A stretch of DNA of 64,000 nt, taken from contig BOKZ01000001.1 in the NCBI GenBank assembly GCA_016861245.1, positions 615,006-679,005 of the forward strand, in the 5' to 3' direction. Shown piece by piece: positions 48,478-59,125 of this stretch. Position 1 is the first letter of the stretch, and each line of letters opens with the position of its first letter. Both the position numbers and the translations under genes were made by a program. The stretch comes from Patescibacteria group bacterium (GTDB taxonomy: Bacteria; Patescibacteriota; UBA1384; 2-12-FULL-50-11). Under the pieces are notes generated by a model. That model ran no database searches. It saw only the letters and a list, made by a program, of their open reading frames with translations, and was not told the DNA's origin.

Positions 48478-48740
48478 ATTCACTCCAATCAGCTCACGGT
48501 ACAGGCGGTATTAATGTAACCGCTCGTTCATGGGCTAGTTGGAGAGAACGGATTGTTAAAGTGTGCCGCTATGAACGAAAGCTCTTTGGACATTCGTCGC
48601 ACGGCAGGCTTCTTGCGAAGCGATTGCACTATATAAAGGAAGTTAGATACCTACGAGCGGTTGTTGCGACGACGCTACGTTGGATACGTCCCACTGGGAG
48701 CGCAACGCTACGGTGTAATTCGAAACATCCAAACGTAAGT

Positions 48741-48865
48741 AAAATAAAAAGCCGTGGTAGACAGAACAACTACTAGAAAGTAGGTTCCGCTGCGCACTAC
48801 CGATGCGATCTCACGACTGTTTCAACTTCTTTTTTGTTTTGGTGCAATACACTTTTTGAGTGTGC
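48741..48865 (-). ncRNA. Candidate ~125-nt sRNA
   Basis: TTGACA-17-TATTGT promoter with extended TG (48870-48898), 5' hairpin, A-rich linker, branched 3' domain plus U tail. Confidence 0.5.
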
Positions 48866-48916
48866 ACGAACAATAGCATATGCTAGTTAAGATGTCAATG
48901 AATGTGAGGCAAATTT

Positions 48917-50251
48917 TTACCGCGGTATATAAATTGTACCATTGACGGTATCAACCACTTCGTAGCCTACCTGCTCGATTTCTGCTTTGCGATTGTCGGC
49001 AGTGAGAAAATCGTTCTTAGCTCGGGCTGCGTCCCGATCTTCGGCTAATCGCTTCGCCGAGTCACTATTTTCAATTGGCATATACCTTAAACCAAAGATA
49101 TCAAATAAGTTATCGGTATCAGCTTTATTGATAAGTTGAGCATTCTCACCCCAGAGTTGCAGTGCTTTCGGGCTATCGAGATCGTCGTTTAACGCGTCTA
49201 TAATTGCGTCAAATACTTGCATATCTGTTTTTTCAGGAGAAATAGCATATGCCTGAAATATCTTGCGACGCAGAGCGATTCCTTGCTCCATAACTGTTTT
49301 TGTGTAATCAAATGGCTTACGATAATGTGTTTGGTAAAAGGCGAGCCTTAATTCATTAGCGCTATACTGCTTTAGTGCTTCTTGAACAGTAAGACTGTTG
49401 TGAAGAGATTTACTCATCTTCTGACCGCCTACACTCAGCATCCCAGTGTGAACCCAGTAATTAGCCATGGTTTTACCTGTTAAACTCTCTGACTGAGCGA
49501 TCTCGTTCTCGTGATGAGGAAACACGTGCTCTAGACCTGATCCGTGTAGATCAAAAGTGTCGCCAAGATACTTACGACTCATAGCAGAACACTCGATATG
49601 CCAACCAGGGTAACCTCTACCCCAAGGCGAATCCCAAGTCATCTCGTTAATTGAGACTGGAGCAGCTTTCCACAGGGCAAAATCTGCCGGTGAACGTTTG
49701 TCTCCAGCAGCTTCTACTCGCGTGCCAGTAAGTATCTCGGTTAAGCCGCGATGGCTTAGCTTACCGTAATCTTTCTTTTTCGCGACACTAAAGTAGACGT
49801 TCCCAGCAGCAGTTGTATAGGCATATCCTTCCTTAATTAGTCCCTCAACGAACTCAATAATGTCGTTGATGTGTTCAGAAGCTTTAGGGAAATTATTAGG
49901 TAATCGAACCTGAAGCGCTTCTAAATCTCTCAAGTGTGCTTGAGTAAAGTGATCAACAATCTGGCGTACCGTTTGACCTGTTTCGTGGGCTTTCTTTTGA
50001 ACCTTATCTGCTCCGACTTCGGCGTCGTTAACCATATGCCCAACATCGGTAATATTCTGGATATAAGTAACTTTATAGCCCAGATAGGTTAAGAAACGAA
50101 CCAGTAAATCAAACCCTAAATATGTTCGGGCGTGACCGAGGTGGTCGTAGTCGTAAACGGTTGGTCCGCAAACGTACATTCGAACCTCACCGTCGGTAAT
50201 TGGTTTAAACTCGTCTTTTGTACCCGTAAGTGTGTTATAGATCCGAAACAT
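48917..50251 (-). CDS. cysS: Cysteine--tRNA ligase
   Basis: [25 protein letters not shown]. Confidence 0.96.
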   Translation of the reverse strand: MFRIYNTLTGTKDEFKPITDGEVRMYVCGPTVYDYDHLGHARTYLGFDLLVRFLTYLGYKVTYIQNITDVGHMVNDAEVGADKVQKKAHETGQTVRQIVDHFTQAHLRDLEALQVRLPNNFPKASEHINDIIEFVEGLIKEGYAYTTAAGNVYFSVAKKKDYGKLSHRGLTEILTGTRVEAAGDKRSPADFALWKAAPVSINEMTWDSPWGRGYPGWHIECSAMSRKYLGDTFDLHGSGLEHVFPHHENEIAQSESLTGKTMANYWVHTGMLSVGGQKMSKSLHNSLTVQEALKQYSANELRLAFYQTHYRKPFDYTKTVMEQGIALRRKIFQAYAISPEKTDMQVFDAIIDALNDDLDSPKALQLWGENAQLINKADTDNLFDIFGLRYMPIENSDSAKRLAEDRDAARAKNDFLTADNRKAEIEQVGYEVVDTVNGTIYIPR

Positions 50252-50287
50252 CCTCTTCTTTGTACCTTAATTATTCTTACTTAAAAA

Positions 50288-50408
50288 GCAATTAAGTAGT
50301 CGCTTGACATACGCGGGCTGAAAGATTGGTTTTGCGAAGCAAATTTCAGCTGAGAATTCAGCGACGAGCTCGCTGGAAGTGAGGAGCGGTCAAGCGATAC
50401 TAAATTGC
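50288..50408. repeat. MITE/REP-like element (family B) with ~20-bp inverted ends
   Basis: GCAATTAAGTAGTCGCTTGAC / GTCAAGCGATACTAAATTGC; core similar to 41472-41518. Confidence 0.65.
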
Positions 50409-50412
50409 GGTC

Positions 50413-50682
50413 CTACTCGTCGCCGTAACTGTCTTCGTTATAAGACCGCTGGTCTTCGTTTAATTCTTTTTCCGCGAGTGACTCAAGCGACTCCGAACCG
50501 CTTTCATCAACTGGCACCGAAAGATCATCGTCTTCTGCAGAGAGTTCGTGGTCTGTTGGTTCGCGCATCGCATCAACCGGGACAAGTCGCCCGCCACAGC
50601 TGGTACACGACTCGTTCGCAACGGGTGTTGTCGTTCCGCAATCCTCACAGATAAATTCTTCGGCGGTTGTTTGTTCTTCCAT
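50413..50682 (-). CDS. Small acidic Zn-ribbon protein
   Basis: CEDC..CTSCGG and D/E-rich tail. Confidence 0.65.
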   Translation of the reverse strand: MEEQTTAEEFICEDCGTTTPVANESCTSCGGRLVPVDAMREPTDHELSAEDDDLSVPVDESGSESLESLAEKELNEDQRSYNEDSYGDE

Positions 50683-50699
50683 ATTAGTATTGTATCCAA

Positions 50700-51335
50700 C
50701 TATTGGTCTTTTTGTGAATACGAGCGACGGCCTTCAAGCGCTCGACTCAGCGTTAACTCGTCGGCGTACTCCAAGTCACCACCGACTGGCAGTCCGCGTG
50801 CTAATCTTGTTACCGAAAGCTCTTTAATCGTTCCTAATTCAACCGCGGATTTAATTTGCTCGTCGATATATAGCGCTGTCGCCTCGCCCTCTAAAGACGG
50901 GTCGGTTGCTAAAATAACCTCTTTGATTTCGTTAGAATTGAGTCGCTCGAGTAACTGTGAGATCGCTAAGTCCTCTGGACCGACGTGGTTGATCGGCGAG
51001 ATCTGGCCGCCGAGAACGTGGTAGCGACCGTTAAATCTTGCTTTTTCAAGTGCTAAAACATCAAGCGCCTCTTCAACCACTGCTAACTTTTGTTGGTCGC
51101 GTGTACTATCGCTGCATATCGGACACGGATCGCTCTCAGCGATTATTTGGCAAACAGAACAAGTAGTTAAGTTCTCTCGTAATTCGCTAAACGCCTGAGC
51201 GAAGCGCTGTAACTCGTGTGATTCGCGCCCTAGTAGATAAAACGTGAGACGGTTTGCTGTCTTTGGTCCGATCCCCGGCAAGGATCCAAGAACTTCAGCT
51301 AGTGCTTGAATGGATTTTGGTAGTACTTTACTCAT
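50700..51335 (-). CDS. recR: Recombination mediator RecR
   Basis: LPGIGPKTA.RL, C4 zinc finger, ATDPSLEGEATA. Confidence 0.95.
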   Translation of the reverse strand: MSKVLPKSIQALAEVLGSLPGIGPKTANRLTFYLLGRESHELQRFAQAFSELRENLTTCSVCQIIAESDPCPICSDSTRDQQKLAVVEEALDVLALEKARFNGRYHVLGGQISPINHVGPEDLAISQLLERLNSNEIKEVILATDPSLEGEATALYIDEQIKSAVELGTIKELSVTRLARGLPVGGDLEYADELTLSRALEGRRSYSQKDQ

Positions 51336-51357
51336 TTATCATTTGTTATATTAGCCA

Positions 51358-51435
51358 TTTTTTATGCAGGGGACAGGGGGTGCTATTTGCGAAGCGCTAC
51401 CCCTATCCCCTGCACCCCAACCCCAAGCACGCTTT
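51358..51435. repeat. Intergenic palindromic repeat family A, copy 2 (inverted)
   Basis: Highly similar to 45020-45097. Confidence 0.8.
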
Positions 51436-51461
51436 AGACACGGGGTTGAACAGACATCTCG

Positions 51462-53684
51462 TTATTTCCCTTTGGCTGGAGCTCCTTCTTCTTCCGAATA
51501 GTCGCACTGACTACAACTGATGCCAGCTTTTTTCTTTAATAAAATATTTTGACAGCGAGGGCATTTTTTATTTATCGGTTCGTCCCAAAACGCCGTTTTA
51601 CAGCTCGGATAACCGCTGCATCCCCAGAAATATTTACCACGTTTCGTGGTTTTTCGCACCAAATCCTTGCCACAATTTGGACAGGTAACACCAGAACTAA
51701 TAACAATCGGTTTCGTGAATTTGCATTTCGGATAGTCAGAGCAACCTAAGAATGTTCCAAACCGACCTTGTTTAATAGCGAGCGACTTGCCGCAATCAGG
51801 GCAGTTTTCTTTTACTTCCTCTGCAATCTGCTTCTCTTGCTCCGGTGAGAATACATCGTCTAAAAACGGTGCTCGGTAATCGCACTCTGGGTAACCGCTA
51901 CAAGCGTAAAACTTACCGAAGCGCCCCAATTTTATCACTACCGGCTTGCCGCACTTCGGACAGACTTTATCTGTCGCCTCTTCAACGATCGCTTTTTTCT
52001 CTATGGTTTTTTCTTTCTCCTGGAGCAATTTCTCGAATGGTTGATAGAAACTCCTGAGAACGGGAACTAGCTCCTTTTTTCCCTCAGCGATATCGTCTAA
52101 ACTCTCCTCCATCTCGGCAGTGAAGTTATAATCGACGATGCTTGGAAAGTTCTCGACCAGTAAATCCGTAACGACTTCAGCTACTTTTTCCGGAAAGAAC
52201 CGGCCGGTTTGGCGAGTAACGTAGCCGCGATCCACAATCGTGCTCATAATCGGAGCGTACGTCGACGGTCTGCCGATACCGCGCTTTTCAAGCTCGCGAA
52301 CGAGTGTGGCTTCTGAGTAACGAGCTGGCGGTTCAGTAAAATGCTGCATCGGATCTGCAGATTTTAGACCCAGCTTTTCGCCCTCGACAAGCTCTGGTAA
52401 TCGTTCAAATCGCTCTTCGGAATCCGGGTAGACTTTTAGAAAACCATCAAAAGTTAACTCTCGACCACGCGCAGAAAGTGAGACGCCGGCTGAAGTTTTA
52501 ATACGCACAGCTGTTGTTTTAACTTCAGCTGGACTCATCATCGAAGCGGTTGCGACCTGCCAAATTAAGTTATAGAGGCGGTAATGATCGCGGGAGACCT
52601 TGCTCTCTAGCTCCTTAGGCAAGATCGAAAAATCGGTTGGTCTGATCGCTTCGTGCGCTTCCTGAGCGCCCCGAACTTTCTTTGTAAAAGTATTCGGCGT
52701 TGACGGAATATAGCGCTGTCCGAACATCGAGCTAACTTGTTGTTCAGCTTGACGCTTAGCTGAATCGGCTATGTTGTGTGAGTCGGTTCGCATATACGTA
52801 ATCAAACCAACCGTACCCTTGCCCGGGATATCGATGCCCTCGTATAGATCTTGGGCAATTTTCATCGTTTTTTTAGCGGAGAAACTACAAACACGAGCCG
52901 CCATTTGTTGTAAGGTTGAGGTGATTAGTGGCGGCTGCGGTTTTAGTTTGCTTTCGGATGTTGTAATAGTCTCAACTGATATATCGGCTGCGGAGAGTTT
53001 TTTTGCTAGGAGCTGTGCTTCTTTTTCAGTTTTGAGCTCTAACTTGCTAGCGCCGCTTCCAAGAATAATTGCCGGGAAGTGCGCTGATTTAGTTTTTAGC
53101 TGAACTTCAAGCGTCCAAAACTCCTTCGTTACAAACGCCTTAATTTCACGCTCACGCTCAACAACCAAGCGAACAGCTACCGATTGGACCCTTCCGGCTG
53201 ATAGCCCGCGATAAACTTTTTTCCAGAGCAACGGTGAGAGCTTGTATCCAACTAAGCGGTCGAGAATTCGTCTCGCTTGTTGTGCGTCAACGAGATCGCG
53301 CGAAACTTGTCTCGGTTTTTCGATCGCGTTTTGGACGGCAGATTTTGTAATTTCGGTAAAACTAATTCGATGTATCGGTTTCTTGGTTTTGAGCTGCTCT
53401 ACTAAGTGCCAGGCAATCGCCTCTCCTTCTCGGTCCGGGTCGGTGGCAAGATACAACTCTTCGCTCGCATCTAACTCTTTTTTTATTTCGCTCACAACCT
53501 TCTTAGCTTTAGGAATAAGTTGATACGAAACTTCGAAATCGTCGTCGACATCAATCCCTAACTTACTTTTAGGTAAGTCACGAACGTGCCCGTAGGACGC
53601 TCTCACGACAAAATCCTTGCCGAGATACTGACCGATGGTCTTGGCTTTGGCTGGTGATTCTACGATAACTAATTTCTTTGACAT
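51462..53684 (-). CDS. topA: DNA topoisomerase I
   Basis: IVESPAKA, ATDPDREGE, ITYMRTDS, C-terminal Zn ribbons. Confidence 0.97.
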   Translation of the reverse strand: MSKKLVIVESPAKAKTIGQYLGKDFVVRASYGHVRDLPKSKLGIDVDDDFEVSYQLIPKAKKVVSEIKKELDASEELYLATDPDREGEAIAWHLVEQLKTKKPIHRISFTEITKSAVQNAIEKPRQVSRDLVDAQQARRILDRLVGYKLSPLLWKKVYRGLSAGRVQSVAVRLVVEREREIKAFVTKEFWTLEVQLKTKSAHFPAIILGSGASKLELKTEKEAQLLAKKLSAADISVETITTSESKLKPQPPLITSTLQQMAARVCSFSAKKTMKIAQDLYEGIDIPGKGTVGLITYMRTDSHNIADSAKRQAEQQVSSMFGQRYIPSTPNTFTKKVRGAQEAHEAIRPTDFSILPKELESKVSRDHYRLYNLIWQVATASMMSPAEVKTTAVRIKTSAGVSLSARGRELTFDGFLKVYPDSEERFERLPELVEGEKLGLKSADPMQHFTEPPARYSEATLVRELEKRGIGRPSTYAPIMSTIVDRGYVTRQTGRFFPEKVAEVVTDLLVENFPSIVDYNFTAEMEESLDDIAEGKKELVPVLRSFYQPFEKLLQEKEKTIEKKAIVEEATDKVCPKCGKPVVIKLGRFGKFYACSGYPECDYRAPFLDDVFSPEQEKQIAEEVKENCPDCGKSLAIKQGRFGTFLGCSDYPKCKFTKPIVISSGVTCPNCGKDLVRKTTKRGKYFWGCSGYPSCKTAFWDEPINKKCPRCQNILLKKKAGISCSQCDYSEEEGAPAKGK

Positions 53685-54760
53685 TATTTTCGAAGATAGT
53701 ATCCCGGTTTCGGCTGATATACTCGATCGAGCAGCTCAAGCTGAGTTACCAATCCTAAGACTACCTCAATCGGCTTATTAACTACAACCGCTAACTGCTC
53801 AATATTTTTTGGGTCCTGAATGAGTAAGTCTAGAACCTGGAGTAACTCACTGTCAAGACTATTATCAATAACCTCTGAGCGCTCCAAGTCGAAATATTCA
53901 AATAATTGATCAGAGCTAATTAGGGCTGTAGCCCCGTGCTGTACTAACAAATTAGTACCAGCTGCGCTGCTGCGAGTAATATCTCCCGGCACCGCCATAA
54001 GATCACGATTATAATCGATCGCACTTTTTGCGGTTGTGAGCGAACCAGATTTTATTATCGCTTCAATTACAACTGTACCGCGTGATAACCCAGCGATAAT
54101 ACGATTTCGTATCGGAAATCTGTAGCCTTTCGGTCGAGACAACGGAGGGTACTCGCTTAGTAATAGGCCGCCTCTCGCGATAATATTTGTTGCTAGTTGG
54201 GTGTGGTCGATTGGATAAATCTCGTCTAAGCCGCCGGCCATAACTGCTACTGTCCGGCCTCCTGAATCCAACGAGCGCTCGTGTATTTTTTTATCGATTC
54301 CGTACGCTAGGCCTGAAATCGTCGTCAGCTTCGAGAGTAGTGATGGTGGGAAGAGCATCTCAATAACGCTAGTGCCGTACGTTGAACATTTACGGCTGCC
54401 GACTACAGATATCGTCGGTCGTTGCAACGCTGATAAATCCCCTTGGTAAAACAACCAGAGCGGCGGATCTGGTATCACGGATAGTAGTTTCGGGTACTGT
54501 CGGCTACCTAGAAGGATGATATCGATACCGTACTTTTTTAAACAACCTAACTCGCCTTTTTGATCAAGTTTCCGATTCTTGAGCGCCGTCGATTGAGTAC
54601 TAGTTAGCACTTTTTGACCGTTGTCGTCGAGCGCCTCCCGAAGTGTTTGATACTGCCCGTATATTTTATGCCACGCGATCGGACCGATCGCTTCAATCGC
54701 TGCCAAAGATAGTAATTCAGACTCAGTGATCCCCAAAAAGAAGCGTGGGGTTGTTGACAT
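53684..54760 (-). CDS. dprA: DNA processing protein DprA
   Basis: VVGSR, SGLAYGID, FPIRNRIIAGLS. Confidence 0.93.
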   Translation of the reverse strand: MSTTPRFFLGITESELLSLAAIEAIGPIAWHKIYGQYQTLREALDDNGQKVLTSTQSTALKNRKLDQKGELGCLKKYGIDIILLGSRQYPKLLSVIPDPPLWLFYQGDLSALQRPTISVVGSRKCSTYGTSVIEMLFPPSLLSKLTTISGLAYGIDKKIHERSLDSGGRTVAVMAGGLDEIYPIDHTQLATNIIARGGLLLSEYPPLSRPKGYRFPIRNRIIAGLSRGTVVIEAIIKSGSLTTAKSAIDYNRDLMAVPGDITRSSAAGTNLLVQHGATALISSDQLFEYFDLERSEVIDNSLDSELLQVLDLLIQDPKNIEQLAVVVNKPIEVVLGLVTQLELLDRVYQPKPGYYLRK

Positions 54761-54997
54761 TGTTATTAGCGTATGGTAATTTATCCGAACTTGTCGAGTC
54801 TAACTCGACAGAAGACACCGGCGTTACGTTAGTAGCTCCGCTGCCTTCTTCGCTACGGCACCCCTGGCCCTATAAATTTCGGTCGGGAAAAATTGCATTC
54901 GCAGGTGTCGAGAGTGATGAGGGGTAAGGGAAAGGCCATCGCGCAAGCGATGGCTTTTTCCGTACTGACAAGTATTAATTTAACCGGCGGTATTTTT

Positions 54998-55423
54998 TTA
55001 CTTCTCGACTTCAATACCCATCGAGCGGGCAGTACCTTCAATAATTTTTGAGGCTTGTTCAACGGTGCGAGCGTTTAAGTCTGTGAGTTTGTTCTCAGCG
55101 ATTGCTGCAATCTGAGCTTTGGTAACCTTGCCAACCTTTTCTTTACGCGGTGTCTGCGAACCTTTTTCTAAACCAGCTGCTTTTAGTAGTTGAATCGCTG
55201 CCGGCGGAGTTTTAGTAATAAAGCTAAACGTTCGATCTTCGTAAATTGAGATCTCAACTGGAACGATCGTATCACCCATCGCCCGAGTTTGCTCGTTAAA
55301 CTGAGTGATAAAATCCATCATATTAACGCCGTGCGGACCAAGAGCAGTACCGATTTGTTGACCAGGCGTCGCTTTACCGGCCGGTGCTTGGAGCTTAATA
55401 ATTGTTTTTACTTTCTTTGCCAT
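54998..55423 (-). CDS. rplK: 50S ribosomal protein L11
   Basis: AGKATP...[16 protein letters not shown]. Confidence 0.96.
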   Translation of the reverse strand: MAKKVKTIIKLQAPAGKATPGQQIGTALGPHGVNMMDFITQFNEQTRAMGDTIVPVEISIYEDRTFSFITKTPPAAIQLLKAAGLEKGSQTPRKEKVGKVTKAQIAAIAENKLTDLNARTVEQASKIIEGTARSMGIEVEK

Positions 55424-55431
55424 GTAATTAA

Positions 55432-56007
55432 TTAGATTTTTTTAACTTGGAGAAAATCGAGGTTAACCGGAGTTTCGCGGCCGAACATCGAAACAGAGAC
55501 TTTGATCTTGCCCTTTTCTGGATCGACTTCGGTAATTTTACCTTCGTAACCCTTAAGTGGGCCGTCGCTAATACGTACAAGATCGTCTTTTGCTAAATCA
55601 ACAGTGTGTTCCGGCTCATCTTTTGCCATTTTTGCCTTAATTGCTACTACTTCCGATTCAGGAATTGGCGTCGGTCGGATACCGCTACCCAAAAATCCGG
55701 TTACGCTCGGGGTATTTCGGACAACGTACCAAGATTCGTCGGTTACAATCATATGAACGAAAACGTATCCCGGGAAGCTACGCTTCTCGACGGTCTTGCG
55801 TTTGCCGTTCTTAATTTCAACTTGTTTTTCTTTCGGTACGATTACTTCAAAAATATAATCTTGCAGCTTTAGAGTAGCCGCGCGTTGCTTTAAATTCTCA
55901 GCGACTTGATCCTCGTATCCAGCGTAGGTGTGGATTACGTACCAACCAGCTTCGCCGCTTTGGCGTCGCTCTTGTGTCTCTGGGATTGAATCGATAGTAT
56001 CGCTCAT
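55432..56007 (-). CDS. nusG: Transcription factor NusG
   Basis: [19 protein letters not shown] motif, FGRETPV. Confidence 0.96.
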   Translation of the reverse strand: MSDTIDSIPETQERRQSGEAGWYVIHTYAGYEDQVAENLKQRAATLKLQDYIFEVIVPKEKQVEIKNGKRKTVEKRSFPGYVFVHMIVTDESWYVVRNTPSVTGFLGSGIRPTPIPESEVVAIKAKMAKDEPEHTVDLAKDDLVRISDGPLKGYEGKITEVDPEKGKIKVSVSMFGRETPVNLDFLQVKKI

Positions 56008-56195
56008 TATTTGACCGCCAATATCACTAGTTTTTGTAATCCTAAATCAAAGGCGCCGAAAATTACAGTCGCTACAGCCACACTTAAAAGAACCATTAAG
56101 GTATGGCGAATAACTGTCTCGCGCTTCGGCCAAATAACTTTTCGCGCTTCCTCGATAAGCGATCCAACGAATGCGACTCCTGGTACTTTAACCAT
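56007..56195 (-). CDS. secE: Preprotein translocase SecE
   Basis: E.RKVIWP.R.T plus one TM, directly before nusG. Confidence 0.9.
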   Translation of the reverse strand: MVKVPGVAFVGSLIEEARKVIWPKRETVIRHTLMVLLSVAVATVIFGAFDLGLQKLVILAVK

Positions 56196-56538
56196 TTTTC
56201 ACCTTTTTTGTGGTCTTAGCTTTAGCTGTGGGCTTTTTCGATTCTGTTTTAGCAGCGGCACCGATCGCTACAACTTCAAGCTCGGAAAGTTGTTGTCTAT
56301 GACCGTAGCGCTTTAAATAACGAACCTTATTTTTGAACTTTAAACCGCTCACTTTTTCGCCTAAGAAATGTCGCAAAACTTTAAGCTGAATCTGTTGATC
56401 GCTCAACTGGTCCTTGAGAGAAATTGTCGCGCCCTCTTTATCGGCAACTTGGTTAACAGTAATTTTTTTACCAGCACGAACAACGTGCTGTTTGCCGCCG
56501 GCGGTTACAACTGCCAATTTGTGTTCGGAATTGCTCAT
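56188..56538 (-). CDS. rplU: 50S ribosomal protein L21
   Basis: AVV.AGGKQ..V, KFK.K.RY....GHRQ. Confidence 0.9.
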   Translation of the reverse strand: MSNSEHKLAVVTAGGKQHVVRAGKKITVNQVADKEGATISLKDQLSDQQIQLKVLRHFLGEKVSGLKFKNKVRYLKRYGHRQQLSELEVVAIGAAAKTESKKPTAKAKTTKKVKNG

Positions 56539-56603
56539 ACTTTTTATAATTAACGGATTATATTGTACGAAAAATACCCTATTGCGTCAATGCAGCGAAC
56601 CAA

Positions 56604-57716
56604 TTAGTGAAATAGGATTTTTTTATGCCGAATTGCGATACTCTCCACAATTCCGATCGCTGCGAAATCTACAATTAAAGCCGTACCGCCGTACGACATA
56701 AATGGCAGCGGTATACCAGTTACCGGCAGTAAACCGATATTCATTGAGATGTGAACGAATCCTTGAAAAAAGAACTTGGCAGCGATTCCAATACAAAGTA
56801 GTTGCGCAAACGGATCGTCCGCTTCACGAGCAACAGCCAAGATTCGAAAAATCAACAGCGTGTATAAGCTAACAGCTAGCACCGACCCAACAAAGCCAGT
56901 TGCTTCGGCAAAACCAGCGAAAATAAAATCGGCGTGAGCGACCGGCAAAAAATTCAAAACTGTTTGAGAGCCCTGACCGAAACCTCGGCCAAATAAGCCG
57001 CCACTACCGACCGCGATGAGTGACTGTCGAACATTGTAACCTTCGCCCAACGGGTCGCTCATCGGGTTAAGAAATGTCTCAACCCGTTGTCGCTGATACG
57101 GCTGCAAATTGAAAAATAGTACTGGCAGCGCCACTACGATAATACCGGCGAGTAGCGCTAGCATCCTGCGTGACGGTTTTGCTGCAAGAAAGATCGATAA
57201 AAAAACTATCAACAACACTGACGCTGTGCCAAGATCCGGTTGCAGCATCACCAAACCAACTGGCAGGGCTGCGATCAGTAAAAACCCGACAATCCGTCTC
57301 CAACCCATTACACCAATATGCTGGGCTAAAAACGCCGAGCCCGTAACTGCGCCAATTAACTTAAAAACTTCCGAGGGCTGGAGCTGGAAGAAACCGAAAT
57401 CTAGCCATCGATACGCGCCAAAGACTTTGAGAACAAATGGAAGACTCGGTGCTAGAAACGGTAATAGCGGTATAAGAAGTAGGATGCCAACCACAAATAG
57501 CAAAACGTTAAATGAGCGTAGTGCTCGATAGTCGATCGACATCATTACAACCATCGCCAGTATGGCTACGAGGGCAAATACTCCTTGATCGATCGCCAAG
57601 CGATTGCCGTATTGATGAAAGGTGATCGTGTAGATAGTTATAATTCCAGTAATTGTTAGAACAATTGGAATTAGTAACACGAACCACTCGATCGGTAGAC
57701 TCCAAAACCTACGCAT
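56604..57716 (-). CDS. rodA: SEDS family protein (RodA/FtsW)
   Basis: QPSE..K, QPDLGT, AVGSGG, LP.AHADF, PF.SYGG. Confidence 0.85.
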   Translation of the reverse strand: MRRFWSLPIEWFVLLIPIVLTITGIITIYTITFHQYGNRLAIDQGVFALVAILAMVVMMSIDYRALRSFNVLLFVVGILLLIPLLPFLAPSLPFVLKVFGAYRWLDFGFFQLQPSEVFKLIGAVTGSAFLAQHIGVMGWRRIVGFLLIAALPVGLVMLQPDLGTASVLLIVFLSIFLAAKPSRRMLALLAGIIVVALPVLFFNLQPYQRQRVETFLNPMSDPLGEGYNVRQSLIAVGSGGLFGRGFGQGSQTVLNFLPVAHADFIFAGFAEATGFVGSVLAVSLYTLLIFRILAVAREADDPFAQLLCIGIAAKFFFQGFVHISMNIGLLPVTGIPLPFMSYGGTALIVDFAAIGIVESIAIRHKKILFH

Positions 57717-57731
57717 ACTACTGTAGTAACC

Positions 57732-58154
57732 TTACGGAAGAACGTTGTCGAGCGCGCAATTGGCTAAATAATCGGCTCGTCGGTTCGCCTCGCGTCGTAC
57801 GGCGTTAAATTCGATCGTATTACCGCTTTTTTGGAGTTGGTTGATGTAGCCAAGAATCTTTTCGTAATGCGGCTTAAGAAGCGCATCTTTTACCTTATAA
57901 ACACCTTGAATTTGTTTTACCATTAACTCGCTATCGGAGTAGCACTGGATCGTGAAATCGGTAATGTTATTTGTAATTAAATACTCAAGCGCCGCGACCA
58001 TTGCCCGATACTCCGCCTGATTGTTCGTTGTTTTACCGATACTTTCAAAGCGCTCAACCAACAACTCTTTCAGTCCTTGGATCGTGTAAGCGATCGCTGC
58101 TGGACCAGGGTTACCTCTGGAAGCACCGTCGGTGTGTATAGAAATAGATCGCAT
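57732..58154 (-). CDS. Ribonuclease HI family protein
   Basis: TDGASRGNPG, TNNQAEY, DSELMVKQ, N.RAD.LAN. Confidence 0.9.
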   Translation of the reverse strand: MRSISIHTDGASRGNPGPAAIAYTIQGLKELLVERFESIGKTTNNQAEYRAMVAALEYLITNNITDFTIQCYSDSELMVKQIQGVYKVKDALLKPHYEKILGYINQLQKSGNTIEFNAVRREANRRADYLANCALDNVLP

Positions 58155-58198
58155 CTAAGTGCAATATACGGTTTATTCTCGAATACGTCTAGGAGCGA

Positions 58199-59125
58199 CT
58201 ATCGACTAACGTTACCGCCGCCTGCGTAGAGGTTATAGTCGTAAATTCCGATTAACGTGCCGCTAACTCTATTAACTTCTGCCACCAGCGTTCGTTTACT
58301 CGAGCCGTAATACCCGGTTGCGATAATAACGGTTGTCAGCGAATCGATTTCCGGTCCGCGTGTTGTACCGACGCCGCTACCGCTAGTAGTGGTAGAAGTA
58401 ATTAAAGCAAACTTAACATCACAGAAATACGGTCGGAATCGCAAAGTGGTAGTAATGTCGTTTGTGGTTTTTATATCCCAGTTTTCGTTAACCCCCATCG
58501 AGTCGTAAATTGGGTTGCCGCCCCAACGAACCTGTTTTTGCGTTAAGACTTGCCCGCCTTCAGTGATCTGTTCTAACTGAACAAACGCTCGGTTATCGCT
58601 ACACTGAAACTGAAACGCGTGACGCAGATAATATGGTAGGCTATCAGCCCTATTCTCAAAGCCCGTTAGCTCTACTGCGGTATCTTTCACCGCCGTTTTA
58701 GCCGAGGCCCAGTCGAGAGTGCCGTTAGCAGCGATACCAATACTTGGGACTTTGTACTTAACTTCAAGATCGTAGTACTGTTCTTTTGGGTCGTAATTTA
58801 AGCCAGCAGTAGTCGAGAGATCTTCGTTGTTATCTACCTCAAACGTGGCAGTCTGCGGATACCTTGCGCTTGTTATACCGTAACGAAAAGCCTTACCGCT
58901 CAATGTCTGTATATCACGGTTAAACCGATATCTGGCTAACCCATCCTCAATCCCGGCTTTAGCGGCGTAGTACGCTAAAATATTATCTTCTTCGCGAGAA
59001 GATTGGCTAAACTGGACTAAGCTTATGCGCTGAGCCGCAAAAACGACCACTAAAACACCGCTAATGATCAATAGAACCATTAAGATACTGCTACCGGTTT
59101 TTTGTTGTTTAAATATTCCCCTCAT
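58199..59125 (-). CDS. PilX-like minor pilin
   Basis: G|SSILMVLL lacking Glu5, A.YAAKAGIE. Confidence 0.7.
   Translation of the reverse strand: MRGIFKQQKTGSSILMVLLIISGVLVVVFAAQRISLVQFSQSSREEDNILAYYAAKAGIEDGLARYRFNRDIQTLSGKAFRYGITSARYPQTATFEVDNNEDLSTTAGLNYDPKEQYYDLEVKYKVPSIGIAANGTLDWASAKTAVKDTAVELTGFENRADSLPYYLRHAFQFQCSDNRAFVQLEQITEGGQVLTQKQVRWGGNPIYDSMGVNENWDIKTTNDITTTLRFRPYFCDVKFALITSTTTSGSGVGTTRGPEIDSLTTVIIATGYYGSSKRTLVAEVNRVSGTLIGIYDYNLYAGGGNVSR

Noticed and set aside
48447-48776. 109-aa + strand ORF
   Set aside because: No RBS, it overlaps a better-supported minus-strand ORF and RNA candidate, and it has no recognisable motif.
54781-54800. LexA box upstream of dprA
   Set aside because: Only one TTCGG half-site, with no partner at the 11-bp spacing.
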